A DNA stretch of 64,000 nt from Ruditapes philippinarum (taxonomy: Eukaryota). The stretch is taken from contig NW_026865029.1 in assembly GCF_026571515.1 (NCBI RefSeq), forward strand, positions 62,001 to 126,000. The letters are read 5' to 3'. The notes beneath the pieces were generated by a model. The model had not been told where the DNA came from and did not search any database. It saw only the letters and a program-made list of their open reading frames with translations. The position numbers and the translations under genes were made by a program. Below are positions 12,455 to 25,322 of this stretch, in pieces; positions within the stretch are counted from its first letter, which is position 1; every line of letters starts with the position of its first letter.

Positions 12455-14452
12455 ATTTATCTTCTAGAAACAGTAAAAATGCACAAAACCGTCAACATCT
12501 ACCAAATTATATAAAACATAATAATCTGTTTATCGACATATTATATGAAATGTGAAGATAAACGTTCAATTAGTATATCATTTTGTAATACACAGTGGGT
12601 TATTATGGTACGTTATTTATATACATGTATCCGAAAGCTGAATAGAATAATGAGTTGATGACCTAAACATTCCGAAAATCTATTTATAGAGGGATGTACT
12701 CCTATCGGTAATTCCCGGTTTTGACCGGGATTCACTAGTGACCGGCGAATAGTACCATACATTTATTGTCCGGTCTCTCCCGATTTTGGAGTAGATGTTT
12801 GATATCGTTACAGAACAGAACAAATATTTTACAGATAAATAAGCTTTTTTCAAAATGAATGTTTGTCACTTAGTTTGGTTGCAATAATTAATAAACACAG
12901 ATCAACTCTCAAATTTATTGATCATTATTATACATAAACATACAATTCGAAAAAAAACAACAACAACAATAGCATGTTTTATTTTATTAATATGAGATGA
13001 AAACAATACATATGTACAATAATTTAGAAAAAAGGTACATTTTTATGGTATTAATATGACACTATCAACTTTGAAACATTTTATTTAATATGTGATTCGT
13101 GTTTAGTAAAGATGCCGAGGAATTATTCACAGTTACAAATTAGATAATTGATTGATAATTTAAAAAATGATAAAGAAAAATACAAATGTACATGTATATG
13201 GTTTAAGAATAAACAATGTATATTGAAAGATTAACCATATTTTACTGACTTTTTTCCAGTTAAGTTTTGACTTATAATCGTCGGTCAATATGACAATTGA
13301 ATTCTTAAAATAGTAGTAAACGTAAAAAACATTATAAATGATTGTATACATGTATATCCGTTGCTATTAATTACCACAATCATAAAGAAATAACAAGTAA
13401 TATTCTAATCTCTACCATGCTAATCAAAGTTAATAATGAACAATGTCTTTCGTCCGTTCATTCATAAGTGATATACAATTCTGGTAAAAACCAATTAACC
13501 ATTGAAAAGTTTATAAGAATATCTTGTCATCATATATCTACTAGTTCATTTTTACTTGCTGCATTTCTTGCTTGGACGCCCTTTGATGCTTTGCATCAAT
13601 GCTTTTCTTGTATATAACATGTATTAAGTGTTATATTTTTGAACGCTCGGTTATTTTCTGCCAAACCGTTTTTGTATGACAATATCGCCGCATCAGATTT
13701 AGATCTAGTTATTATACTATTTCATATTAACACTAATACAAATCAATGATTTCAGGTTTATGTGTTTTTGTTAAACAGATTCGATCATTCCAATGGTGAA
13801 ATGGGTAAAATTTTACACTTTACTGTATTTTTAGTTTTTACACATTAAATCAGCTTCGTGTTTTCATACAAATAACAGAAATCTGAATTTGTGCTGCTTT
13901 AAAGGTTTAATGTACGGTAAAAATGCACGACTAAAATATTATCATTGCTGTGAGTATGTATAATAAATAAATTTGCATCCATATCAATTTGATGCTAACA
14001 CAGATCTATATTAGGTACCGGGCTTTACAAACTCAATAAAGTAGATAATTTTGTTAAGATAAACTATGATAGGTCTATAAATGAGGGATGTTGCATGTTT
14101 TCATTATCCCTTATGTACAGACAAAACAACCCGAGTCTGCAATTTTCATGTAATTTTGTTGTGATTAATGCTTCCGAAGGATCACACTTTATCAAGGTTT
14201 CAAATTAAAGTGCTAAAACAGACACAGTGACTGACATTTTCATCTTGTGACTTATTCTTAATATAGAAAAATAATCAAATTTTCTGAACAAAGTGCAATT
14301 ATGCATGTATTACTACGCCCTTTGAATGACTAAAAATGTCAATAAATTACAACCTTTCAGGTTATCCACAACAAGAAAAAAACATGTTAAAAAGATAATG
14401 CAAGCTAGTATTGCCTACATAATATATAATGTGAAACCATATGGCTGGGCAG

Positions 14453-15963
14453 TTAAATGCTATACATGTTTTGATCGAAACCAGTTCGATGATTTTTCAT
14501 ATAATGTCTTCCTCTGTATTGCCTGAAGTAATTTTCAAGGCAATTTTGAACAAGTCTGAAATGTTTGTTCATAAATGGTACCATTAGATTTGCATATGCT
14601 TGAGCCCCTGTTTTATGGCCGTTTACAATATTCAGTTCCGAGTAATCAGGTTTCTCCTGCTTATTGATCTCTTCTAAAGATTCTAACATTCTCTCTATTG
14701 AAGAAACAAACTGTTCACGTGTAAATTTGAAATCTTTGCCAACAAGAACGTTATGTGTTTTAATGAAAATACTGGATACGTTAATTCCGAATTTCCATCC
14801 CGGCATAAACATTCTTACCAATCTACTTGGTTCTATTTGTTCTTTCCTTTCAGCCTTGCTAATTTCATACAGCAAAGACGCTACGATGACTTTAAAGCAA
14901 ACTGCCAGATTTGCGTTTTCCCGACAGTTAATGTCATGCTTTATCACAAGCATTTTGAATGCATAAGACGGTATATATGAATATCCTCCTCCGCTGTTGA
15001 AGATGTATTTCAAAAGCTTGTAGCATTCTTTGTGATGATCGCTTAGGTTTCGGACAAGCTCGACCTCTGTCTGCCGTAAATGTTATACGAAAGCAAAGGC
15101 CATCATCACATGCCGTTGACTCATTACACGGAATTAGCATATATCTACCGTGTCTTTCGAGCCTTTTCCATACTCCTGAATGAAATGTTTCATTCTCTGC
15201 AATCACATTTCCGTGTCGTGACATGTTTACTTCTATTGCAAAGTCATATCAATAGTTATCGTCTCGGCCTTCTCCGGGTTTTTGATTCCCATATAAATGT
15301 ATGCATGAACGCTGGACCGTGATTAACAACATCCTTATCGACCCGTAGTGTACCCGTGTTTCTGCTGCATCTTATATCTCCTGAACTTTGAATGACTTTT
15401 ACGACCTCTGACATAAATGCGTTTGACAGACTGTCGTTACAAGGATCCAAAATGCTCTGAAAACGTTGATCTTTTCTTCTCACTTTCCGTCCAACTGATC
15501 TAATAAAACCAACTAATTCAGTGATCTTTCCGAAAAAATCATGACTGAAAGATCCCTTCAGGTAGTCCCCGAGAAGAAAAGGTTCCCAAAGAGATCGAAG
15601 GCGCTGATCCAAAACTTTAACATGTGCATATCCTTCTCTTTCTTTTCCGCTGCAATCGCGTTTAACTTTCACCCCATCCTGATGAGTTACAATAAGAAAA
15701 TCAAACTCATCGGGGTTAACTATGCTCGTTCTTTCTGCCATGCTTCCAACTTTAAGTATTCGGAGTTTGTCATATGGACCTAACCATTTTACATTATTTG
15801 CCACTCGCAAAACAATGTCATGTACTAGTGTCTCTACAGCAAGAACAATGTCTTTTGTTTCATCCGGGGGTATTTGAAACTTAATCTTATTGTTCAGTAA
15901 ATCTCGGAAGAAGTACGTTAGTTTACAGTTCTTCTCTTCTTCAACGACAGACGAACACGCCAT
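14453..15963 (-). pseudogene. cGLR subtype B copy with three small frameshifting indels (young pseudogene or assembly error)
   Basis: ORF pieces 15256-16023, 14934-15224 and 14453-15013 are collinear with the 25323-26801 protein (MACS...VGSMAERTSIVNPDEFDFL...PSYAFKML...CLENYF). Indels at ~15265-15280, ~15241 and ~15073; no nonsense substitutions seen once the frame is restored. Confidence 0.8.
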
Positions 15964-16106
15964 TTCGGAAGTGGATATTTTAGTAGCAGGTGCCTTACAG
16001 AAGATATGATCTTTTTCTTTCAAGACGTTGATACTTGATATGAAAAAGAATAATTAACTTAATTAAGATAAGAAAAAACTTAATTAAGATACAAGCTATT
16101 AGAAAT

Positions 16107-17210
16107 TACGAAAGCCTAATAGTGTCAAATAAAATTAAAAAAGGCGTTATAACGCGAATAAAAGCGTTATTACGCGAATCAAAAGGCGTAATTACGTGGA
16201 ACAAAGGCGTAATAACGTGAAAAAAGCGAAGCAACGCAAATAAAGGCGAAGTAACGCGAATATAGGCGTTATAAAGCGAATTGAAAGGCATAATTACGCG
16301 AATCAAAAGGCGTTATTAATATCGCGAATAAAGGAGTTATAAAACGAATCAAAGGCGTAATAACGCGAATCAAGGCGATATAACGCGAATCAAAAGGAGT
16401 AGTGACGCGAAAAAGGCATAGTAACGCTAGGTTTTCCAATTCGCTTGATAACGCAAATTACAAACGCATTATACATCGCAACACTTTCATCATAGCCATA
16501 CCCTCTCCATTACTATCAAATGCCCCTACGTTACTTTACCGCGCCAAGCGAAGAAAATCATTGACTCGGCAATTCTATCTGCGCTCAAGCCACTTACAAC
16601 TCGCTCATGGAACTCAACTATCAAATATCCATTCTACTAACTCATCATTCCATTTCACGCAGTATCATCGCAACTTTTCTTTGTCATCACCTCACACTCA
16701 CCTCTTGATTCATTCGTCATCTCTACATGTGCTTGCGACGAACTCTCAATCCACCGCGCTCACTTGGGCTGTATTCAAAAACAGTATTACTGTCTGCAAT
16801 CACCATGCACTACAACTCCATTGATTTTACATATGTCAGCCTCATACGAGTAAAGACTTAATTTTCATTTCTCTTTATCTTTGTTATCCTGGTATACTTA
16901 TCCCCTTAATTCTCGCCATTCTTTATGAACGCCTTTTGTCTTCGGCCGATTATACACGCTGTATATATTGGCGTTATTACGGCCTTTAGAGTCGCGATTA
17001 TAAGCCTTTTTTCGCGTTTACCTTACCGCTTCCCTTCGATCTCTCGCGTACACTTATGCCTATTTCAATTCGCGTTATAACACTCTGCTCTTGCGTTAAT
17101 TTGCCCTTTACCTTCTGCGTTTGCCCTACCACGCCCCTTTATGATTCGCGTAATAACGCTTTATTCGCGTTATAACACACTTTGCAACTTTTTTATTTCT
17201 TCTTACTATT
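16107..17210. mobile_element. Second IS3EU-like foldback element with ~21-bp repeat arms (right arm degraded or noisy)
   Basis: Starts tacgaaagcctaatag; aaaaggcgttataacgcgaat repeats at 16135-16430; inverted attcgcgttataac repeats at ~16965-17180. Right end and TSD not resolved. Confidence 0.55.
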
Positions 17211-18287
17211 CTAATATATGACCCACTCTGTTAGGTCTTTTGAAAGAAATAATCTATACACAGAACACCGCACCAAACCCCTGAGCCATGATCGTGAAAA
17301 GATTGGATTTGAGAATTCAAGTTAATTTTTATAACTTGTCAAATTCAAATATTCCATATCCTCTATACTTACCAAAATAATATACAAGCACACTAGTCAA
17401 GTATGCATTGTTAAAAAACTTTAATTTGGTAATGACATAAAAATGTTTTAGATAAGACGGGTTATCTATTTTTTTGTAGATTAAATATTGACGTTTCTAC
17501 GATTAAATAGCTGTCCTTACAGTTCTAAAGGTATAAATTTTGGCTAAAATATTTTGTTTGCATACTTTCTAAAGTATGTTCGTAATTCAAAGTTTCGAAG
17601 TATTTATATAGCACATTGGCATTAAAATATTAAAAACATAGCAACATCTATTTTGAACAATTTCTCATATTTCGGAACTTCAAATGCAGTAGAGCAACGA
17701 TGCCCAATTGATTCTAATTGTTTTTTCTTTAAAATTCTGTACAGTTCATGTATGAAAAATCCCCATTGAATTAACTAGGTAAATTTAACTTATTTTAGTT
17801 TATTAATTAAAGCACGTTCGTTCTATTTGAAAGGGTTTTGTATTGTGCACAATTTAGATGCCTTATTGTTCCATTTTCTTTTTGTTTTTAAGAATAATAT
17901 CTTAGGTACTACCAATACTAGATAACCAAATTAGTTTATTAGTATAGGTAAAAGTTTATTAGTACGTATATTTACGAAAATGAAATTGGTCAGGCAAGCT
18001 TGGCCACAGTATAAGTTTATCTTTAGTTTAAATCGGCTTATGGTCGCTAAACCTCATTAAATGCCCCAACAGGTTCAATAAACGAGAGAATTTGTGTAAA
18101 TAATAAACTTTAAAAACGAATACCACACCAAGGGAAATTTGGAAATCTCTAGCAGTAACTGTGTGTAAGGTTACAAAAGGTGAAATATGTAAAACACAAG
18201 AGTGATCATGTAAAAATAAACATAACAAAGGTACCATATACCTTACTAGGTTCTCTACTGGCACAGTGGTGATATTTGTGCATTTTT

Positions 18288-18620
18288 ATTTATCTCGTGG
18301 CCAGCAGTTACTAACTCGTGAGCACGAGATATTAAGTGGTTCGCAGACATACTATTTCGTGGCCACGAGTAACTAAGTCGTGCGCACGAGACAACTAAGT
18401 GGTGGACACTAGCTACTATGTCATCTGGCAAAACGAGGTTACTAAGTCATGTGGCACGAGATAACTATGTCGTAGGACAAGAGTAACTCAGTTGTTCGCA
18501 TGAGATACTATGTCGTGGCCACGCAGCTGTTATTTAGTCGTGGAACGAGATAATTAAGTGGGTTTGCACGAGTTACCATGTCGTAAACACGAAGTTACTT
18601 AGTCGTGCACACGAGATAAA
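18288..18620. repeat. ~22-bp tandem array (cgtggccacgagataactaagt), transposon-associated
   Basis: Roughly 14 degenerate units bounded by ttatctcgtg ... cacgagataa; a related remnant lies at ~9790-9958. Confidence 0.7.
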
Positions 18621-21047
18621 TAACACTTTATATTTGAATTGTCTTTAGTTAACTAGAACATGTGCCAATCTCTGACCCATACTTCACCCTGCCCTGTCAC
18701 AGTGCTTATTATATATAAAATTATATGACTGGACAATGATTTTACATTTAATTGTTTGACCCAGATGCGCTCAAACATTATCAATTGCCAGCCTACTTGA
18801 TCAATTGACACACCTCACATGCCACATACTACGCGCTCTCATATAAACCAACATGGCCTATTTTCCTCTCTAGTTTATCAGACATGGAATTTTACATGCA
18901 AGCTAGTCACTGGTAACTCTTGACCATTTGGGACCTGAATTACCCACCCTCAAACACCTCAGAAGGTCATCTTCTGGCAAATCGGGCAACTCGCTCTCTT
19001 CACCACACACTACAAATAAACCAGGGCTTATTAACCCCTCTCAAGTTAACTCGTTATGAACAAGGGTTAACAGGCCGTTATGTACATACTGATTCAATCC
19101 TAACAACAAAGGCATATCTTAGGTCAAAAATTAAAGTCTGCATCTATTGAGCCTTGGCTGGGAGATCACGTTAAACACTGATCCTACAAGACACTGTATG
19201 CAAGTTTAATGTGACTTAGTAACTCACGTAGACCACCCGACATATATAATAAATATACGCCGCACCGGGTCATCATCTGTGCGCACCGTAGTTCTCACTA
19301 AGCATTTGGGAATGAGCCTTGGTCCTATTCTTCGTAAATAAAACGATTCAGTAGTTTTTTGAAAGAACAAGCAACCCACCACACCTTCCTACACAAAGCA
19401 CAATAAAAAATATAAAAAGGAAAAAAGAAGAAATAAAACCAGGTTCAAGATTTCACGAAATTTGCTATCAGTCATGTCTCGCAAAAAATCAGGACTTAAC
19501 TCATGGCAATACCGATAAAGTATTCTCAAGATCAGCTATTGAGACTACGAAAATATAGCTAATCACAAACATCTTTTGTAAAACATTTGTGCTCGTTCTT
19601 TATGATAGCGTAGCTTGTTTTATTCATCACCCATCACTTTAATCATTTTAACTCTCATACAGCAAATAATTGTTCTTTATTTCATCTTATCAACATGCAG
19701 AAAAACCTAACAAAACACGCCATCATCCGTTAATATACGCCCATTCCTATGACTGCATACAAGACGCGCGTCGATCCTTCTAATCTGGCCTTCTTCAGGC
19801 TACAGTCTCACAGTCACCATAGTCTCAAAGACCTTTCTATTGCATCGGCCTCTTGTCAAATATACGAGGCGTCCCTCAATACAAAACGTTTTTCCACAAT
19901 TTAGAAACAGAGCTTTTTAAAAACTGGTCTTTAAATCATTAAAATGTATCCTCTGCAGGTAATCATTTTAACTGGTTAGAAAGTTATTCCTTTCATAGTC
20001 AGATCATTTCTATAGTAAGCCACATGTATAATGATGTATAGAACTCATTGGCTTGATTTGTAATGAATCCTGTCTATAACAGTCAACTTGATTATTGACA
20101 CATTTTAACTAGTTTTAGTTTCAAACTAAAGTATGTAACGGTTTTATAATTCCGGAAGAACAAACGTAAGAATGAAATTTAGCCAAGTAAAAGATCTTTG
20201 CCGATAAAAAGGTTATTTCTTGATAGTGCAAATTATACAGTATCACGTACATATTCAAAATTTTGTTTATTCGAATTATATTGTTTTAAAAATACCCCTT
20301 AAACTAATCATATTCGCATTTACTAACATATGTACTAATAACAACGATTCAGAATTAAACAATATATTACCTGAAGACAGCAAATATTTCCGCAGATTTT
20401 AACAAATATGTCAAAACATAATGTTAGAAAGGTTTGCGATGATCTAAGTTTTGCTTATGATTAAATCACTTTCTAAATATAGTAATATATTTTTTAGATT
20501 ACAGGATATAGATAAGAGCCATACAAGTCATCAAGTATATTCACAACATAAGAACTTTACAAATAATTACATTTAAATCTCATAGTTTAAATAGTACAAA
20601 AAATAGTACAAACATCACCTTTATCATTGTACTATGATATTTTTAGTTATATTAATCATTTTTTTCATGAATACATTTTCAAGGAAATTATTACACGTAT
20701 TTTCGACTTTTTTACCAATATATCATAATTATCCGAAAATATTTCTACATTTTTATGATAAGAGTGGATTGTCTTGTTTACTTAATATAAATTGCTGAAT
20801 TACAAAAAAAAACAACAACAAAAAAAAAAAACAACAAAAAAAAACAAAAAAAAAACACAAAACAACAGAAGTATTTTAATGATAAAAAAGTTTCAAACAA
20901 AGTTTTTAGTCACATATTGATATTTCAAAAAAAAAAGCAGATAACGTAAGAGTAGGAATCCCAATTATCATATCGCCTAAGTTGTCAAGGAATGTTTACG
21001 TACATATCATACCCCCTGCATTGTCCCTAACATCAGTGTAAAGGAAT

Positions 21048-21540
21048 GTTACGTACATTGTTTGTTTAACTTATGATAACATGAAAATGGCCATGATCAT
21101 CTGCACTTGGCAAATCCTTCCCATTTGAAGTAAAATACAATATACTTGAAGCTAATCCCGCATTGTCAATAATTGTTTAATTTTATTCCCATTTACAAAT
21201 TAACGTTTACAAACGTGTTTGGTGTTGATATTAGTCGTATATTAGTGCTATAGTTTATAGATCATTTTCACATTACCTCGATGAAAAGTTATGTCATAGA
21301 AATACTTTCCTTTATCTATATTTCTATTAAAGTGAGAATATGCCCATTCAAATGCAAATGGTAAGCGCACAGGTCAAAGTGAAAAAAATTTGTCATAACG
21401 TTACATACATTGTTTGTGTTAACCTTATGATTACATGAAATGACCATGCTTATCTGCACTTGTACTAAATTAAAGGCCATATCCTTCCCTTTGAAGCTAG
21501 TGCCGCATTATCGATAATATTGTTTAATTTTATTCACATT
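21048..21540. repeat. Dispersed direct repeat ~145 bp (21048-21192 and 21400-21540)
   Basis: gttacRtacattgtttg...atctgcacttg...atccttccc...gaagcta...ttgtttaattttattc is present twice. Confidence 0.7.
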
Positions 21541-21866
21541 GTAACGACCAAGCGCCAAGCTCATTGATAATTTTCGAATAAGAAATTTTATCCGACTACT
21601 ACAACACTATGAACACCGGTCTCCGTATTAATGGCAACATGAATCAATACCTTTTACATAATATATAATTATGTCACTGTACTTGATGCGAAAAATTTTA
21701 TAGACCAATGTCAATTTATATCCATAAGATATTTAATATTCTACGTGAGAAAAACGTTGAATTTATCAGTTAGTTTCCCGGCTGCAGCGATTCCAAATGT
21801 AGGCTACATAACGGACTTTATTGTTCGAACAGCGCCGGCTGAAGCTATTGCGAATATAGCATAGAT

Positions 21867-22250
21867 TAGATAAATACAGAATCCCTAAAGAAAGCCCAAC
21901 ACGGCAAAATTGAAAATGTTGCAGGCTCGGTTTGATTGAGCCTGTTCATGGACGGTACTGGAAAGTGCAAGTTACCGTCCACGCCCCCTAGCACCGGCTT
22001 AAGCAGAATTCAACATTTAAACATGAAATAGTAAAATTTTGAATTTAGAAACATCCGCAGATGTGTTCATACGGCGGTTATCATGGAACCTTCAATGTGA
22101 CACAGTAGTGCAATTCCATGAAAAGCGGCGTATGGTCCCCAAGTAATAAAAAGCTTGCGCCCTAAACGAAAAAACAATGGGCAGAACTAAATAAAATGGA
22201 ATTTTGAAGGGGGATCAGAGGTTATGAAGCCTGCGTATCACAGATAAGAC
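21867..22250. mobile_element. Partial TIR element of the same family as 36008-36587 and 28802-28882
   Basis: aatccctaaagaaagcccaacacggcaaaattgaaaatg...; 21880-22240 is the reverse complement of ~36225-36575. Confidence 0.7.
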
Positions 22251-23190
22251 GTCAAAAGACAAATTTAAAAAGCAGGCAACATATCCTAAGGGTGATTCAA
22301 CATTATTCAAGTAGGAATATTGGAACCACCCAACTAGAAAATGCCAAAAAGTTGAAACTAAAAATACTACCAGCACAACAATAATGTCGTGCTGAACGAT
22401 CTTATTCGTTCACAGAGCCGACTCGGGGTAAATTTATGCACTGACGTCATCGGCTATATGACGTAGATCTGACCCCTGATACTGTAAATACCCCGGCGCG
22501 TGCGTTCCGGCGGTCTGTGTCTGGATAGAACTTTGAACGGTAAACAAAGCCGTTTACAGACTAAGAAATACTAATAACACCTTACACCAAGGTAATATAA
22601 TTATATTTGACAGTTTTTATTGTGCCTGATTTATTAGCCTCAGATAATTTTAGATTTCAAGACATCTTATTCAAGTGTATTGTTTTAATGTGACATATAT
22701 AGAGAAATGCCTGATACCAGCTCCCATGTTGACTCACAGAAATGTTTATAAATATCATTTGGAATGTATCGTTAATGGTCAATCCATAAAAATAGTTGAA
22801 CAGTCTTTTTATGTTAAAAACGACAGTTGTTTAATTTTATCCTAAACATTTTTCATTATCTATTATTGGTCAACGATTTTTATAGTAGCCAATTGAGCTC
22901 AACTTGATAGCGAAAATAAAGAGCATAATGTCATAATAAGTAATATGAAAAGTAAGATGAACAAGGGTAGGCGACATCAAATGAACACTTCCCTAATCAG
23001 ACTGTCATAGCGAGTTCTCAAATAAATCAAATATTACTTGTGCACATGATACTTTCCTTACTAAACAAAGCAAATTGATGTGTAATAGTCTTCCATATTT
23101 TTCAAAGTTTTAGCTCTCTAAAATTTCGCTTGTATTTCTCTATACTGTCATATAATTCTCGTTCTTTATTAATATTAAAGATGAAAATCA

Positions 23191-24465
23191 TTTTTATACG
23201 ACCGAAAAATTATCGGCGTACATTATTATGCACCTGTCCGTCCGCCTGTTAGCAGATTCGTGTCCGGACTGTACCTTTTGAATCGGTGGAAGGAAATGGA
23301 TACCACTTGTCAGAAATGTAAACCATAATGAGACGGTGTGCAGAGCGCAGGTTTGACCTTTCTCAGCTAACCTTTTAACTTAGAACCGATTGAAAGAATT
23401 TAAAACTATTTGGGAAAATATTACTTATGAGACGATGTACAGAACACAAATTTGAGCTTCCTGAGATCAAAATTATATAGTAAAGCATATATAAGTTTCG
23501 CTGTGTGAAACAACTCTGTCTAGAGCTTAGCTATTTATCATGTAGCAATGCCCTATTGACCTTTACAAAACTGGTATGAATCATGCCCCTCGGTTCAATA
23601 TTGGCCCCGCTAAAGGAGGTCACTTGATTTATAAAGACTTTTATTAGAAAAACACATCTAAGACTTACTGTGTGAAACTAAAATGCCCAAAGCTTAGATA
23701 TTTTGCATGTAACATCATTTTGTGGACCATAAGATAAATCGTATTAATAATACCCCTTAGGTAAATATTAACTCTGACCCCAGGGTTACTTCATTAAAAT
23801 AATAGCTTTGTATAGCAAAACACATTCAAGTCTTATTTTGTGAATCTGCAATACCTAGGGCTTAGAAATTTGTCATGTCGCATTGCTTTGTGACTCTCTA
23901 CAAAACTGGTATTGTTTATGCCCTATGGGCAAATATTGGCCCCGCCTCTGGGGTCACTAAGTTGATTATCTCTTGTAGGGAAATCACATTTCAGTCTTAT
24001 TTTGTGAACTACAATGCAAAGAGTTTAAATATTTGTCAAGGATGCATTGTCTTTGTTGATCCCTAAAATTGATATAAATCATTCTCTTGGGGTCAATATT
24101 GGCCCAACACCCGGGGTGACATATACTATATAGACTACAATGAAACTTAAATATCAAGAGCTAAATATTTGGTTAAGGTAAAAGGAAAACAAATCTCACT
24201 TTTTGTGGATAACTACTATGCCCTTATATTTGGCATATGACATTGCCTAGTAGACTTCTTCGAAAGTGTTACTAATCATGCACCAAGGGTAAATATATAA
24301 CCCCACCTTAGAAATCATATATTATCATAGGCATAATTAAGATAAAACGTTTTTCAGAAAAGTTTCTTGATTGGGTCTCTCCCTAATTGAAAGATTATTT
24401 TTAATTACTCATTTTATATTACTCTTACATTCGTGCGTATATTGCCCCGCATTGCAACGTTTATT
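23191..24465 (+). mobile_element. Non-autonomous Helentron/Helitron-like element with degenerate internal tandem repeats
   Basis: tttttatacgaccga start, gtccgtccg microsatellite, repeated ggtcaatattggccccg units, tcgtgcgtat subterminal inverted motif near the end. Confidence 0.6.
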
Positions 24466-24771
24466 TTTCAATATATTTTCAATACAATTAAATGTCAATC
24501 AATAAAAGAATGAACTTATAATATTCTAAAATTTTGATTTTTACTATGTTTTTATATTGCGTTTTCTTTTCTCTTTGGTATGTGTGTTTTTACGAAACTC
24601 AAGTTGAAACTAAGTTATTCTGGAAGTTTTTGTCAATGCATATATTCGTTGTATAATTCAATGTAACTGCAGTTGATATCAGAGCTCTTGTTTTAACATT
24701 TAAGTCAATTTGATTTTTTATCTGCACATGCTCATGCTTTAATCGGAGTAAAACATGGGAATTAGTTGTAA

Positions 24772-24888
24772 GGAGTGGGGTGTCATGCAATATGGTTAAT
24801 AAATTTATCAAAAATTTCAGACGTTTATTCCAATGTTTAAATGTTTCAACATAGTCCTCCTTAGTTAAACCTTTTAACAATATTGATA
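24772..24888 (-). mobile_element. Mariner-like transposase C-terminal remnant
   Basis: Minus-strand LKGLTKEDYVETFKHWNKRLK resembles the mariner C-terminal helix; followed by TIR-like attgcatgacacccc. Confidence 0.45.
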
Positions 24889-25322
24889 ACCTGTCTTCAT
24901 GATTGAGACAAACTTAAACAAACCCCCCCCCCCCAAAAAAAAAAAAAAAAAAAAACAACATGCTTGTCAAAAAAAAATAAAAAACACAAAAAACAACAAC
25001 AAACAAATTATTAAGTAAGTAAATAGTAAGAGTAAGATGTTCTGCACAAGAATTGAAAGCATTTATTGAGTAAGAATTAAATGTATAGGTATGATATTTT
25101 ATTGACAAATAGTGTTGGTGTGATATATTGTTGACATTAGAATAGTTAACAAAATACAATAGATGCCTGCGACATGTACACAAATGAATTTCTCTTACTG
25201 ACGAATGTTATATAAGCAATCTATAAACAGTATTTTCTGAATTTTTGACCTTAAGTTTCCAAGTGTAATGCACCAATATGATTTATTATTTCCCGATCAA
25301 TATAGAGTCAATGCTTAAAGCT

